Assembly (NCBI GenBank): GCA_905178155.1
Contig: CAJINV010000003.1
Coordinates: forward strand, 8,991,292-9,055,291
DNA from: Amoebophrya sp. A120
Taxonomy: Eukaryota; Protista; Dinoflagellata
DNA length: 64,000 bases
Direction of reading: 5' to 3'
Part shown: positions 60,645-64,000 of the stretch, piece after piece
Layout: the number at the start of each line of letters is the position of its first letter
Numbering within the stretch: the stretch's first letter is position 1
The notes under the pieces: generated by a model
Told to the model about the DNA's origin: nothing
Databases searched by the model: none
The model's input: only the letters and a program-made list of their open reading frames with translations
Position numbers and translations under genes: made by a program

Positions 60645-63600
60645 CTAGAGAGCAAGTCCTGCCGTTCCTTTCATCAGTGTGGCAAGTTTGTGATCAAGGA
60701 ACGGGGCCATTCGCGGACGAGCCTTCAAGAGATACGGAACCAATACGCAGCCGGTCAGCAATCCGTCCCGAGCTTTCTTGCTGTGAGGACCAGGACGCAA
60801 GGCCGCCGCGAGATTAAGGATTGAAGGCTCCAGCGACTCCTCTGCCTGCCAAAGTAGTTTTGGCGTCTCCGTCAGCAGCCGCGTCAACGACGATATCGCT
60901 TCGACGCCAGCCCCGGCCCTCCATGCGGTTGTGTCAGATTCCAGATAGTGGCGCAGTGTTTGGCATATCGGAGAAAATATTTCTTCCTCAACTAAATCGG
61001 TGATCGTATCTCTGTCCGGCGTCTGTATACCTCGAATGAATCGGTGCGCGAGCATCGTAGTGGAATAGTCCGCGAAGGCTTTCTTCCCCAGAAGCAATTC
61101 GAACCCGAGCAGCCCGAGGCCCCAGGAATCTATGTATTGCGGTTCTGAAAGTAGCCGAGGCTCGTGCGGACAACCGAAAACCTCCGGCGGTAGGCAGCGC
61201 GGATCCACACTGGAGCGCTCAGCCTTCATTGCAGCGCACATCCGCAGAGTCAGATTCGTGCAGCGACGGCTCTCGACAACTTTTTCCAGCACGACCCGCT
61301 GAAGAGAAGATGCTGCGAGTTCCTCTTTTTTTACGTCTGCAGCGCGATGGCGGCCCTCCTCCTTGTGGTCTTTCTCTTCTTGCATCTCCTGAGAGTACAT
61401 GGTCCCGCAATCAGAAGATTGCGGGCCCTGAAGAACATCGTGTTTCTGTGCCCCTGGAAGTGGCGGTGGCTCTAGCCACCAGGCGAATCCCGGCTGCAGA
61501 AGCCGGGGAACCAACTTAAGCCCCCGGGGTAAGTTGGTTCTTCTGGAGCTGGAGTGATGCTGCTGCTCAGGTCGTGGGAGCGTCGGACCAGACGTCTGCT
61601 CGTCCGCAGTTGGCAATCGAGATGATCGCGTCTGAGCTACAGCTTCGTTTGACGTCAACGCGAAAGACTGGTCTGCGGCTACGTAGAGGGCATTGACGAT
61701 GGATTTGTCCTGGTCCGACCATTTTTCGTCGCCACCATCTCTAGCGTCGCGCTTGGTTTTTGACGTCGGCCCGACTGATTCTGTTTCTTGACTTTCAGAC
61801 CCTCTATGCCCCGGAGGCACTGAGTTTTCTTGGTAGGCCGAGTTGTCTCTCGCTTCCGCCTCCGAATACGTTGCTTTGTCCCCGCCCACCTCAAGTTCGT
61901 AAAAACTGTCAGGGAGCGTGGCCAGGTTTTCTATTTGTGCAGTTGCAACATTAATTTCCTCCGGCTTGCGCTGACCTTCACAAGTCGTGTCCGCGTCGTC
62001 AGGTGACACAAACTCACTAGCTTCCTTATTTCGCAAAGAGTTATCCGCTGTCCTTGAGTAGTGTCGTGGCGCGAGCAGGTTGATGGAGTTGTCATCTGCC
62101 GTGATTCGCTGCGGTTCCAACACATCATTACTTAGACTTGGCTCGTCTGCGAAAGGATTTTCCAGGTCATCGAATGAAAAAAGTGCATCGACGTCAGGAA
62201 AAAACTCAACGGCGTCTTTATTTCTTGGTTGCTGTCGTTTCCCCTGCGAAAGCGTTTCATCACTTGGAGACTGCACCAGCGAAGGACTATCCTGCATTTG
62301 TGGTCCTTCAGTTTCAACACCAACTCCGCCACATGCATCCGCTGATGCGTGTTTGCCCTCGGTAAGAGACGCGCCAGGTTGCAGACGTGCCGAGGTCGGG
62401 AGTACCGTGTCGATGACTGCATGCGTCGGCTGTTCGACATGATCCCCACATCGTCTCGTCTCTGTTACGTCGTTCTCTTCGTTATACTGCACCGTGGCTA
62501 TCTGTTTTCGGTCGTGATGTTGTTGAGACCCGGAGACTTTATTTTGGCGGTTGTCCGGTATTTTTACTTTGCTTGTTCCTTCTGATTCTGTTTTGGACTC
62601 TATTTCATCTTTCGTCTCAGTCTTGCTCGGTGCGACCTCGGCACCGTCGAACGGCCCAAGGAATATTTCGTTGAGTGCGGACTTGCTCTCTCCGAAGAGC
62701 CGCACCATCGTAGTGGTTGTAGTTCTGAATTTCCGCTTCAAGTCCGCTTGCAATTTTTCATCCTCGAGCTTTTGCAAACTAGTCGACATCAAACTTTTCG
62801 TCTCCTCAAACAAACGGCTGCCAACATGCCTTTCTACTTTCCTTGCCGCGTCCTCCGCTTCTGCAGGCAGACGCAGAGGCGCAGTGCTCCTGCCGGCCAA
62901 CGATTCATGTTGTGACATGGAGTTGTGGGTGAACACGAACGGCAACTGCGCCGCAGAGGATTGCTGCTGTGATGTTTGTGATGCGGCCCAGCCGGAAATG
63001 TCAGTTTTGCCAAGCGCTGTCCGTGGAGCCAATAACGGAGACGCGATCTTCTGCTTCCTATCGTTCGACGAACCACTAGAGTCGCCGGCTTTCAGCCGTG
63101 GAGTCGTCGCGCTTCCCACAGGAGCATCAAAGCGAGCTTCGACCTCGACGCTTTTGCATTCGTTCGTGTCGACCTCCCGCGAGATTCTTGTTGTTTTTTC
63201 AGTCGCAGGTGGTTCAGCGAGGACGCGCGCAATATCCTTATCCAAGGTTGCTGCAGCTACTCCGACGCGGCAGGAATCTTTTTTCCCCTGTGCAGCTCTG
63301 GTCGCGGAATGGTCTGGGCCAGGTCGTATCAGTGGCGATTTAGAAGAAAGCAGCGAGCCCTTCTCCTCTTCCTCGGTTCTGGCTGTCACGGTCGTGGCGC
63401 CCGCAGTAACCGGCGGAGAACTGATTTGCTGCGCCGACATCAGTTCTTCTGCACTCACGTCGTTCCGTCTCCGAGTCTGGTGTGATTTTTCCCGCCGGGC
63501 GAGTTCGCGAGCTGCAGAGCTTCTTTCAAGTTGAAGATCCTCCAGAAGCATTGCCCACGAAATGACATCCTCGCCTTGCCCGGCAGCGCCACCACCTGGC

Positions 63601-63995
63601 GCTTCTTCCACCTCCTCCACCGCGTCAGGAAAACCACCAAACACGTGATCAGCTCGCACGAGTTCTAGAGCGACAGTTTCGCTATTAAGGCAGCCGTAAG
63701 GGATCTGTGCTCCGTCGTGCAAAAAACGTAGGCCGTTGCCCATTCCCCGGAGAAGATCAAGAACATCCAACTCGAATGTACGGAGCTCGATTACCTCGCG
63801 CAACAGCTTGCAGTGGGGCACATCAAGAGAATGCAACAGCTCTGCTTGCTCCGTGATACCAACCAACGGGGCCACGAATGAACGCAACTCTTCGAAGATC
63901 AGGCTCCCAGTTCGGCTGTCGGTATCCTTGAAAACATTCTCGCTGGACGACGAGGTTCCTTTTTTCGTGCAGCTCCGTTGTGGACCAGACAAAGC
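60645..63995 (-). CDS. Protein kinase-like (probable pseudokinase) C-lobe with a very large insertion; 5' part outside the window
   Basis: LLRGMGNGLRFLH..IPYGCLNSETV (subdomains VIa/VIb, no HRD), PRLLQPGF (VII-like), RCLPPEVF (VIII) and IDSWGLGLLGFELLLGKKAF (IX). Confidence 0.65.
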   Translation of the reverse strand, partial: ALSGPQRSCTKKGTSSSSENVFKDTDSRTGSLIFEELRSFVAPLVGITEQAELLHSLDVPHCKLLREVIELRTFELDVLDLLRGMGNGLRFLHDGAQIPYGCLNSETVALELVRADHVFGGFPDAVEEVEEAPGGGAAGQGEDVISWAMLLEDLQLERSSAARELARREKSHQTRRRNDVSAEELMSAQQISSPPVTAGATTVTARTEEEEKGSLLSSKSPLIRPGPDHSATRAAQGKKDSCRVGVAAATLDKDIARVLAEPPATEKTTRISREVDTNECKSVEVEARFDAPVGSATTPRLKAGDSSGSSNDRKQKIASPLLAPRTALGKTDISGWAASQTSQQQSSAAQLPFVFTHNSMSQHESLAGRSTAPLRLPAEAEDAARKVERHVGSRLFEETKSLMSTSLQKLEDEKLQADLKRKFRTTTTTMVRLFGESKSALNEIFLGPFDGAEVAPSKTETKDEIESKTESEGTSKVKIPDNRQNKVSGSQQHHDRKQIATVQYNEENDVTETRRCGDHVEQPTHAVIDTVLPTSARLQPGASLTEGKHASADACGGVGVETEGPQMQDSPSLVQSPSDETLSQGKRQQPRNKDAVEFFPDVDALFSFDDLENPFADEPSLSNDVLEPQRITADDNSINLLAPRHYSRTADNSLRNKEASEFVSPDDADTTCEGQRKPEEINVATAQIENLATLPDSFYELEVGGDKATYSEAEARDNSAYQENSVPPGHRGSESQETESVGPTSKTKRDARDGGDEKWSDQDKSIVNALYVAADQSFALTSNEAVAQTRSSRLPTADEQTSGPTLPRPEQQHHSSSRRTNLPRGLKLVPRLLQPGFAWWLEPPPLPGAQKHDVLQGPQSSDCGTMYSQEMQEEKDHKEEGRHRAADVKKEELAASSLQRVVLEKVVESRRCTNLTLRMCAAMKAERSSVDPRCLPPEVFGCPHEPRLLSEPQYIDSWGLGLLGFELLLGKKAFADYSTTMLAHRFIRGIQTPDRDTITDLVEEEIFSPICQTLRHYLESDTTAWRAGAGVEAISSLTRLLTETPKLLWQAEESLEPSILNLAAALRPGPHSKKARDGLLTGCVLVPYLLKARPRMAPFLDHKLATLMKGTAGLAL

Positions 63996-64000
63996 TATCA

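Noticed and set aside
62551-63534. Plus-strand ORFs such as 62551..63534, 17807..18652 and 12966..13778
   Set aside because: Antisense shadows of longer minus-strand coding regions.

Overview
Eukaryotic, intron-rich nuclear DNA, most likely from a parasitic dinoflagellate (Syndiniales, Amoebophrya-like). Three things support this: every credible gene is on the minus strand, a 21/22 match to the dinoflagellate spliced leader sits at 28671-28692, and genes are interrupted by non-canonical inverted-repeat introns. Recognisable genes are RPB2 (11 exons), ESCRT-III VPS2/CHMP2, a WLM/Wss1-type metalloprotease, a J-domain/thioredoxin-like membrane protein, an F-type lectin-like surface protein and a pseudokinase, plus several giant low-complexity ORFs. 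The main hidden structure is a set of eight TAT...ATA terminal-inverted-repeat elements inside coding sequence. Seven have 5-bp flanking duplications (four perfect, three degenerate) and one 1.29-kb element has a perfect 23-bp duplication. In every case, removing the element plus one duplication restores the reading frame, and that exact excision has no GT-AG ends. A gene-poor, satellite-rich island (about 22.3-36.1 kb) holds the intronless, frameshifted lectin gene with a spliced-leader relic upstream (likely a retrocopy) and several insertions bracketed by 45-66 bp duplications. All exon models are manual inferences without transcript data.
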